Below, in pieces: positions 29,438-40,137 of a stretch of 64,000 nucleotides of DNA. How positions within the stretch are numbered: the stretch's first letter is position 1; every line of letters begins with the position of its first letter. The stretch lies in the IMG/VR virus record IMGVR_UViG_3300046167_000825, positions 225,015 through 289,014 of that record. One strand, written 5' to 3'. Below the pieces are notes generated by a model. That model did no database searches and was not told the DNA's origin. It was given only the letters and a program-made list of their open reading frames with translations. Both the position numbers and the translations under genes were made by a program.

Positions 29438-30849
29438 TGGCATTTATGAAATATGCTTCTGCTCTTGTGGTTTCTCCCGAAGCCAATCAAAGAACTTGGG
29501 GTGGTGTTCGCACTGCCTCTAGTAATACAGCCAATCTGGTTGGTCAAGCCGAGAAGATTTTCGGTGGGAAGTTCAATCCCTCTGATTATCTTTTAACACA
29601 TTGTACTATTGTGGCTTCTGTTGATACAGATGATGCTCCCAATGTAAAACTCGGTTCTGTCACTGAGAATGGTAAGAAGATCAATCGTAAGTATTCTAAC
29701 TATCTCATAACTCCTTCGACATCTAAGTATGTGAATAACAACGGAGATTCTTGGGATCGTGATGTTCTGTTGAAGTCTTATCAAACATTTGTTGGTAGTC
29801 ATAACTTCCAAGAGCATGTTCAGATTGAGGACTTGTCGAAGGGTCGTATCATTGATGCCGTTGCTCGTGATGTCGGGGAATCTATTTATGTGGATATCCT
29901 AGTTGCGACAGACCGTAAGCACGCCCAGTTGGTTGAAGATATCCAGAGTGGTCGTTTAGGCACATTGTCTATGGGATGTACAGTCGATAGCACCATTTGC
30001 ACCAAGTGTGGGAATGTGGCAGTCGATGACACTGAGTTCTGTGACCATGTGAAGTATGAAAAACGAAACACTTTTATTGATAACAGTGGCAAGAAAAGAA
30101 TAGTGGCTGAGTTGTGTGGTCATACCGATATGGGCGACACGGCTGGAGTGACATTCATAGAAGCCTCTTGGGTTGCTGTACCCGCCTTTACTGGTGCAGT
30201 AATGCGAAATATTTTAACGGCAGACGAGGTTAGTTCGGATGTAGTTCGTAAAGCGAACGAGATTCTTTCAGTGCCTCCAGCCGAATGGTCAGACGAAGCC
30301 CAAAAGAAAGTCGCACGGAATGTGGTGTCTTTCGGTTTCGATGACGAAGAAGAAGATGAGGGTGGCGATAGCGAACCCACATCCCCTATTGATGAATTAG
30401 AAGATGAGATGGTATCAATGGTGAAGAAACGAGTTCTTCAACGGCTTAAATCCGAAATGTCCCCCAAAGAGGAGGCAAAGAAAGATGCACCAAAGCCCGA
30501 AGATAGTACCACTTATCAAAATGATACAGTGATCAAAGAAGGCACACTAAGAAAGGCTCACGCTATGGGTCAAAAACTTGGTGTTCTTCAAGGGATCGCA
30601 AAGGTTTCTCACACCAGAGAAGATTTTATTGATGGTATTGCTCTCCTTGATTATGAGAGGGGTTCAAAAACATCGGTATCTGTTTATCGTGCCAGCCTAA
30701 AGGTCGGTTCGGTATCAAAGTACGCCACACTGAAAGGTTTCTTGCTTGCTAGTAAGAAGGCTCTCGGTGGTACGATGACTAAATCTGAGGTTACTCAGAT
30801 GATTCGACTCGCTCGATTGCTTGACTTTTGGTCAGCACAAAAACATTAA
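29437..30849 (+). CDS. prohead maturation protease
   Basis: H(N)FQEH, LSMGC, FIEASWVAVPA motifs; located before scaffold and capsid genes. Confidence 0.75.
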   Translation: MAFMKYASALVVSPEANQRTWGGVRTASSNTANLVGQAEKIFGGKFNPSDYLLTHCTIVASVDTDDAPNVKLGSVTENGKKINRKYSNYLITPSTSKYVNNNGDSWDRDVLLKSYQTFVGSHNFQEHVQIEDLSKGRIIDAVARDVGESIYVDILVATDRKHAQLVEDIQSGRLGTLSMGCTVDSTICTKCGNVAVDDTEFCDHVKYEKRNTFIDNSGKKRIVAELCGHTDMGDTAGVTFIEASWVAVPAFTGAVMRNILTADEVSSDVVRKANEILSVPPAEWSDEAQKKVARNVVSFGFDDEEEDEGGDSEPTSPIDELEDEMVSMVKKRVLQRLKSEMSPKEEAKKDAPKPEDSTTYQNDTVIKEGTLRKAHAMGQKLGVLQGIAKVSHTREDFIDGIALLDYERGSKTSVSVYRASLKVGSVSKYATLKGFLLASKKALGGTMTKSEVTQMIRLARLLDFWSAQKH

Positions 30850-30882
30850 CCCCTTCACACTTAAAACACAAAGGAGAGTATT

Positions 30883-31911
30883 ATGCGTAGAAGCAGACTT
30901 ACTTGGAATAAAAAGGCAGATAATGCCCCCGCTACCCCAAATGAGGGGTATGACCATCCAGCAGATCAAGGACAACAACCCGTTGAGAAATACTTCATTG
31001 ACAACGATGGAAACGGTGTTGGTTCAGAACCTTCAGATTTCGCAGAAGATGTTCACCAACCACCTTATAACAAAGGTGACCACCCAGCGACTCCACACGA
31101 GGGACACGATCACCCAGCGATGAAACAAGCCGCTCGTGATATCCGTGCTTCTGTTGAGCGTAAAGCATCTAAATGTATTCGTATCGCACAAGCAACACTC
31201 GGAAAAGGTGCTTCTATTGAAGACTTAGAAGATCAAGCATTGGCATTCATGAATATGGCTGATGATGATGTTGCTGCAACTTTGGATCGTATGTCAGAAA
31301 TGGAAGCGTACCAAATGGCAGAAGAACCAACTGCTACTTCAATGTTCGCAGAAGAAGATTCTGAACTAGAAGGTTTGATGGCTGAGTTCATGGCAGAAAT
31401 CGAATCAGATGAACACGAAAGTACAGAAGAAGCAATGCTTTCTGAAATGCTTGCTCAAGAAGAAGCCGAAGAAACAATGGGCGAAGAAGAAATAATGCTT
31501 TCTGAAATGCTTGCCGAAGAAGAAATGGCTAACCAAAATGCTCCAGAACACTTTGAAGCAGAAGAAGAAGAAGCAATGGGTGATGAGTTAATGCTTGCCG
31601 AAGAAGGTCTTGATGCTATGGGACTTGATGACGGTATGGGCGATGACGAATTGCTTGCTGGATTGTTCGCTGGTAAGTTCGCTGGTGAAGAAGAAGCCGA
31701 AGAAGAAGAAGCAGAAGAAGAAGCAGAGGAAGAAGAAAAAGAAGCAGAAGAAGCAGCCGCTTCTAAGAAAGCATCTCGCCTTCGTCCCCGTGCTCGTAAA
31801 GCATCAAAGGGAGTTAAGACTCTTGGAAATGTTTCTAAAACAGCCTCTTCAGAAATGAACGAACTGTCAAAGTTGTGGGAAAGTGCTCCTAACATCAGTG
31901 ACTTGTTCTAA
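30883..31911 (+). CDS. scaffolding protein
   Basis: Very acidic, E/M/A-rich, between protease and capsid genes. Confidence 0.7.
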   Translation: MRRSRLTWNKKADNAPATPNEGYDHPADQGQQPVEKYFIDNDGNGVGSEPSDFAEDVHQPPYNKGDHPATPHEGHDHPAMKQAARDIRASVERKASKCIRIAQATLGKGASIEDLEDQALAFMNMADDDVAATLDRMSEMEAYQMAEEPTATSMFAEEDSELEGLMAEFMAEIESDEHESTEEAMLSEMLAQEEAEETMGEEEIMLSEMLAEEEMANQNAPEHFEAEEEEAMGDELMLAEEGLDAMGLDDGMGDDELLAGLFAGKFAGEEEAEEEEAEEEAEEEEKEAEEAAASKKASRLRPRARKASKGVKTLGNVSKTASSEMNELSKLWESAPNISDLF

Positions 31912-31937
31912 TCTTCCCGAAGATTCTTGAATGATTG

Positions 31938-31971
31938 AAATCCATCTAGTTCGCTAGGTGGATTTTTTTTT
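31938..31971 (+). terminator. intrinsic terminator
   Basis: AAATCCATCTAG-TTCG-CTAGGTGGATTT followed by a T run. Confidence 0.85.
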
Positions 31972-32124
31972 GCTTATCTGAGATAAAATCTCAATAATGT
32001 TTCGATAACTTGACCTATTGTATGATTGCCATCTTTGTTTCTGGAGGGGGTAGTCATTTTAACCTAAACTTTCAAACTCTCTCCCTTGTAAACAGGGAGT
32101 ATTGCCTAAAAAAGGAGAAATCTT

Positions 32125-32775
32125 ATGGCTTTACTTGGACAAGCGAGTGGTGCGTTTACAGAAAGTTCTTCATCTTTACGGATTCTACATGTTGGTATCC
32201 GAAACACTGTCGGTGTTATTACAGATGAGGCTTTCGAGCAAACTAACCCTCCCGTACTTTCTGCATCTGGTGCTGGATCTACCATCTCAGATCAAGTATC
32301 TACAACAATCTTCGGAGTTCTCTCTGGATCTGTTGCTTTCACTCGACCAGACATTGACGAAAATGTAATCGGTGGCCCAGCGGCTACTGCTGCTTTGTTG
32401 CTTTCTGCTGGATGTCGACCACTTGGTGTATTCATTAACCACGCTGCTGGATATTCTTTCGAGAACACACCCGCGGCTGCTTCTAACAAGTGTCCTTATG
32501 TTTCTGCACAAGGTTGCTATGCAAACTCTTTGTTTGAAACCAACATTATCACTAATGGTGGAACTACTGGTACTGCCGTTGCTGCTGTTGCTACTGTACC
32601 AGTTACTGCTTATGCTGCTGGACAAAACTTGGTTGCTTCTGTTAATGGTTACTTGACCAACGAAGCCGCTGACGGATATGAAGCGACACAAGGTGGAACT
32701 AATACTATTATCGGAATCGTGAAGATGGCCCCAGATAATACTCAAGATGAACTCGTTTACGACCAACGCATTTAA
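32125..32775 (+). CDS. capsid decoration/cement protein
   Basis: A/G/T-rich, directly upstream of MCP, highly biased codons. Confidence 0.65.
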   Translation: MALLGQASGAFTESSSSLRILHVGIRNTVGVITDEAFEQTNPPVLSASGAGSTISDQVSTTIFGVLSGSVAFTRPDIDENVIGGPAATAALLLSAGCRPLGVFINHAAGYSFENTPAAASNKCPYVSAQGCYANSLFETNIITNGGTTGTAVAAVATVPVTAYAAGQNLVASVNGYLTNEAADGYEATQGGTNTIIGIVKMAPDNTQDELVYDQRI

Positions 32776-32788
32776 GGAGGAGACTACT

Positions 32789-33658
32789 ATGAGCGTATCA
32801 AATGCTGTGAAGCAAAAAATCATTTCTGATTATATCAAGACTCCTCAAGGGCGTGCGAAACTTGCAGCGTCTATGACTCAACCATTACGTTTGCGTAGAG
32901 ATTACGCATCGGTTGGTCGTAAGACATTTCTTGTTGAACAACTGCCAGACGGAGCGTTGCCAATTTATGACAAAGATCCAGATGTAACTGCGTATGTGGT
33001 TGGTGAAGAAGGACAAAACATCCTTGCAATCACTAAGCCAAGACGTGTTATCTTTCCTTTGTTTGAGATTGCATCTAACCCCGAAATCCCTTTGACACAA
33101 ATCAAAGAAAGACGATTCGACCTTATTGAGCGTGCTCAAGATTTGGCTCGTGCCCAAATCCAAGCGGCAGAAGATGAGCGAGTATTCTCTACTCTTGATG
33201 CTGTTGCTCAGAACGGTTTCGATTCTGTTGGAAACCAAAACCCAGACATCCCAGTTGTTGCTCCAGTTACTGGTGCAGTCCTTGCTGATGCTTTTGCGTT
33301 AATCGAACGCCATGACCTTCGTGTTGCACGAATCTTCATGAACGCTCGTGACTATGCAGATTTGCGTAAGTTCGGTCGTGACATCTTGGATATCGAATCT
33401 CAGCGTGACTTGTTGAAGACTGGTCTTATGGCTACTCTTTGGGGTGCTCAGATCATCACTTCTCGTATCGTTCCCGTTGGAACAGTATATGTTGCTTGTG
33501 AGCCAGAGTTCTTTGGTCGCATGCCAGTTCGTACTGAGTTGACTGTATTGTCTGCTGATGATCCAAAGGCTCGTACTATTGGGTTCTCTGTATTCGAGAA
33601 TATCGGTATCGGTTGTTTCAATCCTCGTGGATTGGTTCGATTGTCTATCACTCGATAA
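32789..33658 (+). CDS. major capsid protein (HK97 fold)
   Basis: AGGAGG RBS, strong codon bias; IQAAEDERVF, IFMNARDYADL, LWGAQII motifs; followed by a terminator. Confidence 0.88.
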   Translation: MSVSNAVKQKIISDYIKTPQGRAKLAASMTQPLRLRRDYASVGRKTFLVEQLPDGALPIYDKDPDVTAYVVGEEGQNILAITKPRRVIFPLFEIASNPEIPLTQIKERRFDLIERAQDLARAQIQAAEDERVFSTLDAVAQNGFDSVGNQNPDIPVVAPVTGAVLADAFALIERHDLRVARIFMNARDYADLRKFGRDILDIESQRDLLKTGLMATLWGAQIITSRIVPVGTVYVACEPEFFGRMPVRTELTVLSADDPKARTIGFSVFENIGIGCFNPRGLVRLSITR

Positions 33659-33684
33659 TTGACTTAGAAACTTAGGTTTCATTG

Positions 33685-33718
33685 AAAGCCTCTTTCCGAA
33701 AGGAAGGGGGCTTTTTTT
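33685..33718 (+). terminator. intrinsic terminator
   Basis: AAAGCCTCTTTCC-GAAA-GGAAGGGGGCTTT followed by a T run. Confidence 0.88.
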
Positions 33719-34243
33719 GTGTCCCCACATGGGGTAAAAAGTCATTATTTTCGGTCGCCTCCCCTAATGTTTTGAACATCACCCCAAAAATGAAAGGGGA
33801 AACAACCGAAAATGGAGAGCAAGGAAGAACTAGGGGAGGCTATACTATGTGGTATCGGGATGGTTTGAGAGGGCAAGTACCCACCGAACACTTAAAAGTG
33901 CCTCCTATGGCTGTTTTTGAGAGCCTCAGTGACCGTCCTTTGATGGGGGCTGTTCTTTATACGATTTCCGATTTGATATATAATTTTCCGACAGAGTTTC
34001 ATGACAAGATAGAGGGGCATTGGTCTTCCCACCTAACAATGAAAAGGATGAATTGTTGTCTTCTATAAACCGTAGTTCGTTGAAGGAGATTTTGATAAAA
34101 AATCTCTATTCTCTGTGGCACAAGCAAATAGCCTATTGCCCTAGTTCAAACTGGCATATTGGTTTTTCTTTGCTTTTCTGTTCCACTTTTTTTCCCGATA
34201 ACTGCTCTATATTCTCATACTTAAGGTACAAGAGAGGTGTTGA

Positions 34244-34477
34244 ATGGTAGTAGAACTAACAGATTTTAGATTGGCTGGATACTTGGTGGCAAGAGGCGTG
34301 AAGTTTCTAGGCACTTCAAAGAATGACAGACGGGAAGTTGTCTTTTCATTTGATGACAGTGATGGTGAAGCCACAAGAGTCTTGACGGCATACCCAACTT
34401 CTCCAGAGCAGAGATATGACTCATCATGTAAGACAATGTATGACTTGGTTAAGGTCGAACTAAAAAAACGAGGCTAG
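34244..34477 (+). CDS. DUF5659-like small winged-helix protein, copy 1
   Basis: TDFRLAGYL..RG.....VVFSF. Confidence 0.65.
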   Translation: MVVELTDFRLAGYLVARGVKFLGTSKNDRREVVFSFDDSDGEATRVLTAYPTSPEQRYDSSCKTMYDLVKVELKKRG

Positions 34478-34479
34478 AT

Positions 34480-34734
34480 ATGGACTTACCATTGACGGAT
34501 TTCCGTCTTGCTGGTTTTCTATTGTCGAGGGGAATCACTTTTATCCGAACGGAAGAGCAACCTAACGGTGAAATACTCTTTCTATTTGATAATACAGATA
34601 ACCTCGCACAGAACACTTTGAATGAATACCCCAACTCGCCAGAGCAACGGTATGATACATCTTGTAAGACAATGCACAATTTCATCTCTGCTATCAAACG
34701 CAGTAAATCTTATCAAAAAAGGAGGACTCAATGA
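34480..34734 (+). CDS. DUF5659-like small winged-helix protein, copy 2
   Basis: Tandem paralog sharing LTDFRLAG and YP.SPEQRYD.SCKTM. Confidence 0.65.
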   Translation: MDLPLTDFRLAGFLLSRGITFIRTEEQPNGEILFLFDNTDNLAQNTLNEYPNSPEQRYDTSCKTMHNFISAIKRSKSYQKRRTQ

Positions 34735-35168
34735 GTACCGAAGAAACAGAAACCCCAGAAACACCTACTGAAGAGGTCACAGAAGAAGCATCAGAAATGA
34801 CAATCTTGGAAACCAAGATTCTTCGATTCGCTAAACTGCGTGATGTCCTCTTAATGAAAGACAAAGATTGGGTGGATGAACACAATCAAACACGCAAAGA
34901 CCTTTTGGAAGAAGCGGGTCTCCTAGAGAAGTTCATGGAACTCGATAAAGAGTTGCAAGAACACCGTGTCCAGTTGAAAGCCAATGTAGAGCCTATCAAT
35001 GCTTGTGTTCAAGTTCTCGCTAAATATCGTCAATCTAAGATTGATGGTGTTGAGTTTGAAGGCATGGAAACTCTTGAAAAGGTTTGGATCTTTGAAGAAC
35101 AAATCTTCAAAGGTGTGGAAAAGACGGCAGAAAAAGAAGAAAAAGAAGAAGAAAACTCAGAGGAGTAA
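34731..35168 (+). CDS. acidic helical hypothetical protein
   Basis: AGGAGG RBS. Confidence 0.65.
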   Translation: MSTEETETPETPTEEVTEEASEMTILETKILRFAKLRDVLLMKDKDWVDEHNQTRKDLLEEAGLLEKFMELDKELQEHRVQLKANVEPINACVQVLAKYRQSKIDGVEFEGMETLEKVWIFEEQIFKGVEKTAEKEEKEEENSEE

Positions 35169-35202
35169 TCCCTAGATTATTTCTGAGAGGCTAGTTCGAT
35201 TG

Positions 35203-35236
35203 AACGACAAGGTGAGAAATCCCTTGTCGTTTTTTT
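35203..35236 (+). terminator. intrinsic terminator
   Basis: AACGACAAGG/CCTTGTCGTT stem followed by a T run. Confidence 0.75.
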
Positions 35237-35400
35237 CGTTTATGGGTTTATACCAAAGCCTATATAAGTCACAAAGCCCACGCATAAATATTGTTCGATT
35301 GTTGTGAAGGCGTGGCTCATATCTATTGTTATTATTGTCGATACAACTGTTTTCTCAACGGGTTTTATACCCAATCTAATCTTTAATTAAGGAGTGAATT

Positions 35401-38121
35401 ATGCCTAATTCTGGTGTATTTTACAAAAGTGGTAAGTTCCACATTTCAAAACTTTCAACTGACCTCGTAGAGTTTGCTGGTAAGGTTGAAGCAACTGGTA
35501 TCACACTCATTGACGAGATGAAAACCAACTCTCCTCTCACTGGTGCTGCTACCTCTATCGTTCTTCCTACTGCAACTCAAGTAGTAGATTACGTACAACA
35601 AGTATCTAGTGGTGCTACTACTTACCAACTGGATGCTGGTTCTGCTAGTTCTGGTGAAGGAGAAGCATTTGCTTACACATTGAAGCCAGACACAGATTCT
35701 GAAAAGAAACGCCTTGACGATATGTTCGATGATTTTGCTGGACTGATCGCACAAGCGGCTTCTTCTTCTGAAGTTCGTGACAATGTAATCGAAGCATCTG
35801 CTGGACTTGAAACAGACGGTTCATATGCACAACACAGTGGTTCTAACTACATTGATAGTGGAACAACTCTGAAAGCAGTTGATCTTCTTCTTGACGTTCA
35901 AGCAAAAGCAAACGCTGATGCAATCGTTACTGAAAGAAGTCGTGCAATGGGTGTTGAATCTGCAATTCAAGCAGAACTTGACGCTACTCAAACTGGTGCT
36001 GGTTTGGGAACGGCTGGTGCTTACGCTGCACATACTGGTGCGAACTACATCGCTGGTGCTAGTGATCTTCATGGGGCTGACTTGCTTCTTGATACACAAG
36101 CAAAAACAAACGCTGACGGTATCGCTCAAGAAATCGTTGATCGTTCAAATGCTGATGCTCTTTTGCGTTCTGATGTAGATTCTGCTCTTGGGACTTCTGT
36201 TCCAAACTTTTCTGTAACTGCTAGTGGTCTTTCTACTGCCAATGGTTACAACACTGCATTTAATGGTGCTGGTGATGTTGTAACTGCTCTTGAAGCATTG
36301 GATTCTGCAATCTTCGCTATGCTTGACGGTTCTACTGTCAATCTTGACAACTTGGCACAGTTGGTTTCGGCATACGAGAATATGGATGATGATGTCTTCG
36401 CTATGGTCAATGGGATTTTCGGATTCACTGGTATGACTGCATCACCAACTTTGAATGCTGACGGTGTTGCTAATGAAGTAATTGCTTTCAGTTATTCTGG
36501 AACAAACTACATGGACAGTGCTGTTACTTTGAAAGCGGCTGATATCCTTTTGGATTCTGCACTTAAAGCAGAAGAAACTGCTCGTATCGCTTCTGATGGT
36601 AACTTGAGTTTCACTTATGTGGATTCAAATGGTGCGGCTGCAAGTGCTACTGATTTGACTGCTGCTATCAATGAACTTGGTGCTGCTGTTGCTTCTAGTA
36701 ACACAACTGTTCAAGCAGAATTGGATGCTACTCAGTCGGCTCTTGGTATGATTGCTGATGCTTCTGCTTCTGCTGGAAACGGTGGATACTACATGCCATC
36801 AGTTACTGCTCCAGCGGCTTCTGGGGCATACTTCAAGGTTGGATCTGACATCAATGCTGGTTCTTCTTTGGTTGCTATGTTTGGTTCAGTTCAATCTGAC
36901 ATGCAATCAATGTCTGAGGCTTTCGAGCAAGAAGATATTGATATCAACGCTGAGTTGACTGCCACACAATTGGGTGCTGGCTTAAACGCTGACGGTACTT
37001 ACAGTGCGAACGCTAGTGCGGACTACATCTCTGCTGCTACTTCATTGCAAGATGCTGACGACAAGTTGGATGCGGCTCTTAAAGCAGAAGAAGTTCGTGC
37101 AACGGGTGTAGAAGCAGCGATTCAAGCAGAACTTGATGCAACTCAATCTGCTCTTGGTGCAAGTATTTCTGGATTGGGTGTTTATGCTCCTCATTCTGGA
37201 AAGAACTACATCAATGGTAACGCTGACTTGACAGAAGACATTATTGATCTTGATGCTAAGTTGAAGGTTGAAGAAGATTCTTTGGATGCTTCTCAAGCCG
37301 ACATTTTTGCTTCTGGTGAAACTCTTGCTGCTGACTTCTCAATCAATGGTAACCAATATTCTACTATTGAAGGTGCAATCATCGCTATTGGTTCTTCATT
37401 GGGTGACTCTGATATGGACTTCAGTGCTGATTCTGGTGCTGGATCTGTTGATTTGGCTTCCGAAGTTATGGCTATTACTAGTGCTGCTACTGGTAATACC
37501 TTGCAAGCCCCAGCGACTAACCTTGTCACTGCTGCATCTGCTCAGTCTTTGACAATCAAGTTGAAGCCAGAGATTCAAGTTGATGAAGTTCGTGCTCAGT
37601 TTGTACAAAGTGCCGTTGTTGGTTCTAGTATTTCTGTACAACATGCTCCTTTCGTTGCTGATGAAGCAATGGATTCTGGTGCTATCGTTTGTGTTCAGAA
37701 AGGTGGAACTCGTAAGTACGGAATCGAGAATGCAGACATTGGAGACAGTGCTAAAATCGAGATTCTTGGAATGGCGTTCGATCCAGCATCTACTTCTGGT
37801 GGAATCACTGCTCACACTTTCGCTGCTGGAGATGCTGTTGCAATCGTCAAGAGTGGACAGAATGTTGAAGGTGTTTCTTTCGGTGTGAAAGATCAAGGTG
37901 GAAATACTTTGACCTACGCTGTCGGAGATGCTTTGTACATGGGTGTTGATGATCAAGGGAACTCTTGTATCACTAAGGCTATCCCATCTGATGATAGTAA
38001 CTTTGGTTTCGATGCTAAGGCAGTTATCTCTCTTGGTTTCGTTTCTGCTCTGAGTGGGACAAATGGTGCTACTGCTGATGCGATGTGGTTTGAAGTCAAA
38101 CTTGTTGCTATGGAAGCATAA
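35401..38121 (+). CDS. long fibre protein with internal repeats
   Basis: Repeated QAELDATQ..GL...Y...G.NYI..A..L..AD..LD units; A/S/D/G-rich. Confidence 0.75.
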   Translation: MPNSGVFYKSGKFHISKLSTDLVEFAGKVEATGITLIDEMKTNSPLTGAATSIVLPTATQVVDYVQQVSSGATTYQLDAGSASSGEGEAFAYTLKPDTDSEKKRLDDMFDDFAGLIAQAASSSEVRDNVIEASAGLETDGSYAQHSGSNYIDSGTTLKAVDLLLDVQAKANADAIVTERSRAMGVESAIQAELDATQTGAGLGTAGAYAAHTGANYIAGASDLHGADLLLDTQAKTNADGIAQEIVDRSNADALLRSDVDSALGTSVPNFSVTASGLSTANGYNTAFNGAGDVVTALEALDSAIFAMLDGSTVNLDNLAQLVSAYENMDDDVFAMVNGIFGFTGMTASPTLNADGVANEVIAFSYSGTNYMDSAVTLKAADILLDSALKAEETARIASDGNLSFTYVDSNGAAASATDLTAAINELGAAVASSNTTVQAELDATQSALGMIADASASAGNGGYYMPSVTAPAASGAYFKVGSDINAGSSLVAMFGSVQSDMQSMSEAFEQEDIDINAELTATQLGAGLNADGTYSANASADYISAATSLQDADDKLDAALKAEEVRATGVEAAIQAELDATQSALGASISGLGVYAPHSGKNYINGNADLTEDIIDLDAKLKVEEDSLDASQADIFASGETLAADFSINGNQYSTIEGAIIAIGSSLGDSDMDFSADSGAGSVDLASEVMAITSAATGNTLQAPATNLVTAASAQSLTIKLKPEIQVDEVRAQFVQSAVVGSSISVQHAPFVADEAMDSGAIVCVQKGGTRKYGIENADIGDSAKIEILGMAFDPASTSGGITAHTFAAGDAVAIVKSGQNVEGVSFGVKDQGGNTLTYAVGDALYMGVDDQGNSCITKAIPSDDSNFGFDAKAVISLGFVSALSGTNGATADAMWFEVKLVAMEA

Positions 38122-38234
38122 TCTTATAACTTGTAGGGTAGACTCTCTTTGAGGGTCTGCTCTCTTGTGAGAGATTTCCCTAGCCCTCGTATTGAGTATT
38201 TTCTCTATACGAGGGCTTTTTATATGGAGGTTCT

Positions 38235-38573
38235 ATGGAATTAGCAAATCGTAAAGAAATGAAACTTGGTTTGGGTGAAGCCATTCGGAGGATTATTAAG
38301 TTGCACGCAAGGAGTGTGCAAGGGGCAGTAACGCCAGCACAAAAAGAGGAACTGACACTCTTGATGGAGGCACTCAATGAGATTGAAATCGATCTTGGTT
38401 TCGATTGTAACGATGACGGAGTGGCTGACACCATCGAGATTTTTGCACAGACGGCAAAGACATCATGTTGTCGCTTGACCCCCACCAAAGGGAAATCGTC
38501 TAGTCGGTCAGATTTCACAGAAGAACGGAAGACTTCTTCCCGAAGAAAATCATCACGAAAGAAAACTAAATAA
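38235..38573 (+). CDS. hypothetical protein (DxDxDG-like motif, basic tail)
   Basis: DCNDDGVAD; GGAGG RBS. Confidence 0.6.
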   Translation: MELANRKEMKLGLGEAIRRIIKLHARSVQGAVTPAQKEELTLLMEALNEIEIDLGFDCNDDGVADTIEIFAQTAKTSCCRLTPTKGKSSSRSDFTEERKTSSRRKSSRKKTK

Positions 38574-38584
38574 GGAGTTTTATC

Positions 38585-38863
38585 ATGGAAATGTTCATCA
38601 TTCTTTTAACGGCATCTGGAATCTGTTTCGGTATGCAACATAAGGTCAAGTTCTTACACGGGAAAACTGAGTTCACGGACTCCCTTCTTGCTTGCACTTA
38701 CTGTTCGGGTTTCCACGCTGGGTGGTTGTCGTACCTCCTTTGGTCGTTGCCAATATTCAACCCACAACACATGGTGGGGTTCGCCCTCGCTAGTGCTATG
38801 TTCTGTTATGCTTTAGACGAGGTCACCAAGTATCTCGAAGAAGCACGCTTTGAGGAAGAGTGA
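38585..38863 (+). CDS. small membrane protein (DUF1360-like)
   Basis: Hydrophobic segments and CTYCSGFH motif. Confidence 0.6.
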   Translation: MEMFIILLTASGICFGMQHKVKFLHGKTEFTDSLLACTYCSGFHAGWLSYLLWSLPIFNPQHMVGFALASAMFCYALDEVTKYLEEARFEEE

Positions 38864-38866
38864 ACT

Positions 38867-39271
38867 ATGCCTATCGCTAGAAAGAACACAGCGATTCTCA
38901 CAGAGGAGTTCCCATTCTCGTTACCAGCGAGTGAGGATATTCCTCTTGGGGCATTAGTGTCCCTCACCCGAAACGATCAAGATATCGTTGAAGTGGTTCT
39001 CACAAATCCACAGAACGCAGACCGTTTGTTAGGCTTTGCCAAGTTTGGTGTGGTTTCGGGTAATGAAGGGAAGTATCTCGTGACACGGGGTTCTCGTGTC
39101 ACACCCCTTACGGATGCCCCTCTCGTACCGAACACAGCCGTTTATGCCATAGATGGGGGTAAGGTGTCCAACACGCCACCAAACAGTGGTGTGGTTGTAT
39201 CTGTCGGCTTTGCTGTCTCTCCCACTCAGATGGTGTTTATTACGGATCAACAGATTTTCAATGGTGTTTGA
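38867..39271 (+). CDS. capsid cement or fibre-tip-like beta protein
   Basis: ASEDIPLGALV...LLGFA...G.VSNTPP..VGFA. Confidence 0.5.
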   Translation: MPIARKNTAILTEEFPFSLPASEDIPLGALVSLTRNDQDIVEVVLTNPQNADRLLGFAKFGVVSGNEGKYLVTRGSRVTPLTDAPLVPNTAVYAIDGGKVSNTPPNSGVVVSVGFAVSPTQMVFITDQQIFNGV

Positions 39272-39318
39272 CTTTGATGGGTATATTGCATTGTACAACA
39301 CTCGCATAGGAGAAAACA

Positions 39319-40071
39319 ATGCAATTCATGAAAGGAAACTTTATATCTTTGCGTGCCACCACCAAAATCCATCTCGGTCAAATCGGAGAGGATGTTTTAG
39401 AAGATGATGTCATTGAGTTCGATGGTCAGACTCTAAAACTAGGTGGACACGAACATCAGTTGAGTGCTTTGAAAGGAGCAATTCGTGCTGGTTGGTTTGT
39501 CGTGGCTACGGACACCACTTCAAAATACGCCCCAAAGCCCTCGGGAGTTCGAATTAAGACAGCCCTCACACAAGAGGAAGATTCAGATAGAACTGAAATG
39601 GTTGTTCAGACAATCGCTGACGAAGAACGGGTGGTTGGGACAGTGCAGAGTAGCACCCAGACCGCCAATCGGAATGTTGAGGCACAAGAAGCCATCTCTG
39701 TTGGGACAATCAAAACCCAAGCCAAGCAGAAGGTCAATCTTGCTGACACTCAAGCCGTTCAAGAACAACTCTCTCGTTTGGAGAAACCTCTCCCGAAAGC
39801 CGATATCAAGAAAATCGCCACGCCCGTAGCCACTGGTGATGTTCAAGAGGCAATCGTAGGTGAGAAACTCACTGAATTACTCCCCAATGCCGCTACCCCA
39901 GAGACCCCAGTTCAAGAATCTTCTGCTTTGAACTGGGATAAGAAACTCCATTACACCAAGCGAGTCAAGTTGGCTCTCGAACTAGCGACAACCAATCCCA
40001 CCAAGTTCGCTAAAGTCATGGATATCGAAACTGACTCCGTCAAAAAACGCATCAACGATGCTCTTGCATAG
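39319..40071 (+). CDS. hypothetical protein
   Basis: RBS; 250-aa ORF. Confidence 0.65.
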   Translation: MQFMKGNFISLRATTKIHLGQIGEDVLEDDVIEFDGQTLKLGGHEHQLSALKGAIRAGWFVVATDTTSKYAPKPSGVRIKTALTQEEDSDRTEMVVQTIADEERVVGTVQSSTQTANRNVEAQEAISVGTIKTQAKQKVNLADTQAVQEQLSRLEKPLPKADIKKIATPVATGDVQEAIVGEKLTELLPNAATPETPVQESSALNWDKKLHYTKRVKLALELATTNPTKFAKVMDIETDSVKKRINDALA

Positions 40072-40137
40072 AACCTCTCGTTATTCATTCGATATATTCC
40101 TCTCATTGAGTATTATCTTGATGAGGGGTTTTTTATT

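Noticed and set aside
28167-31895. Ser-rich or Phe-rich minus-strand ORFs
   Set aside because: Antisense shadows of GAA-rich poly-Glu genes
33682-34250. Overlapping ORFs after the capsid terminator as a -1 frameshifted gene
   Set aside because: A GGAGG-ATG start exists near 33847, but no recognisable motif or paralog supports the join
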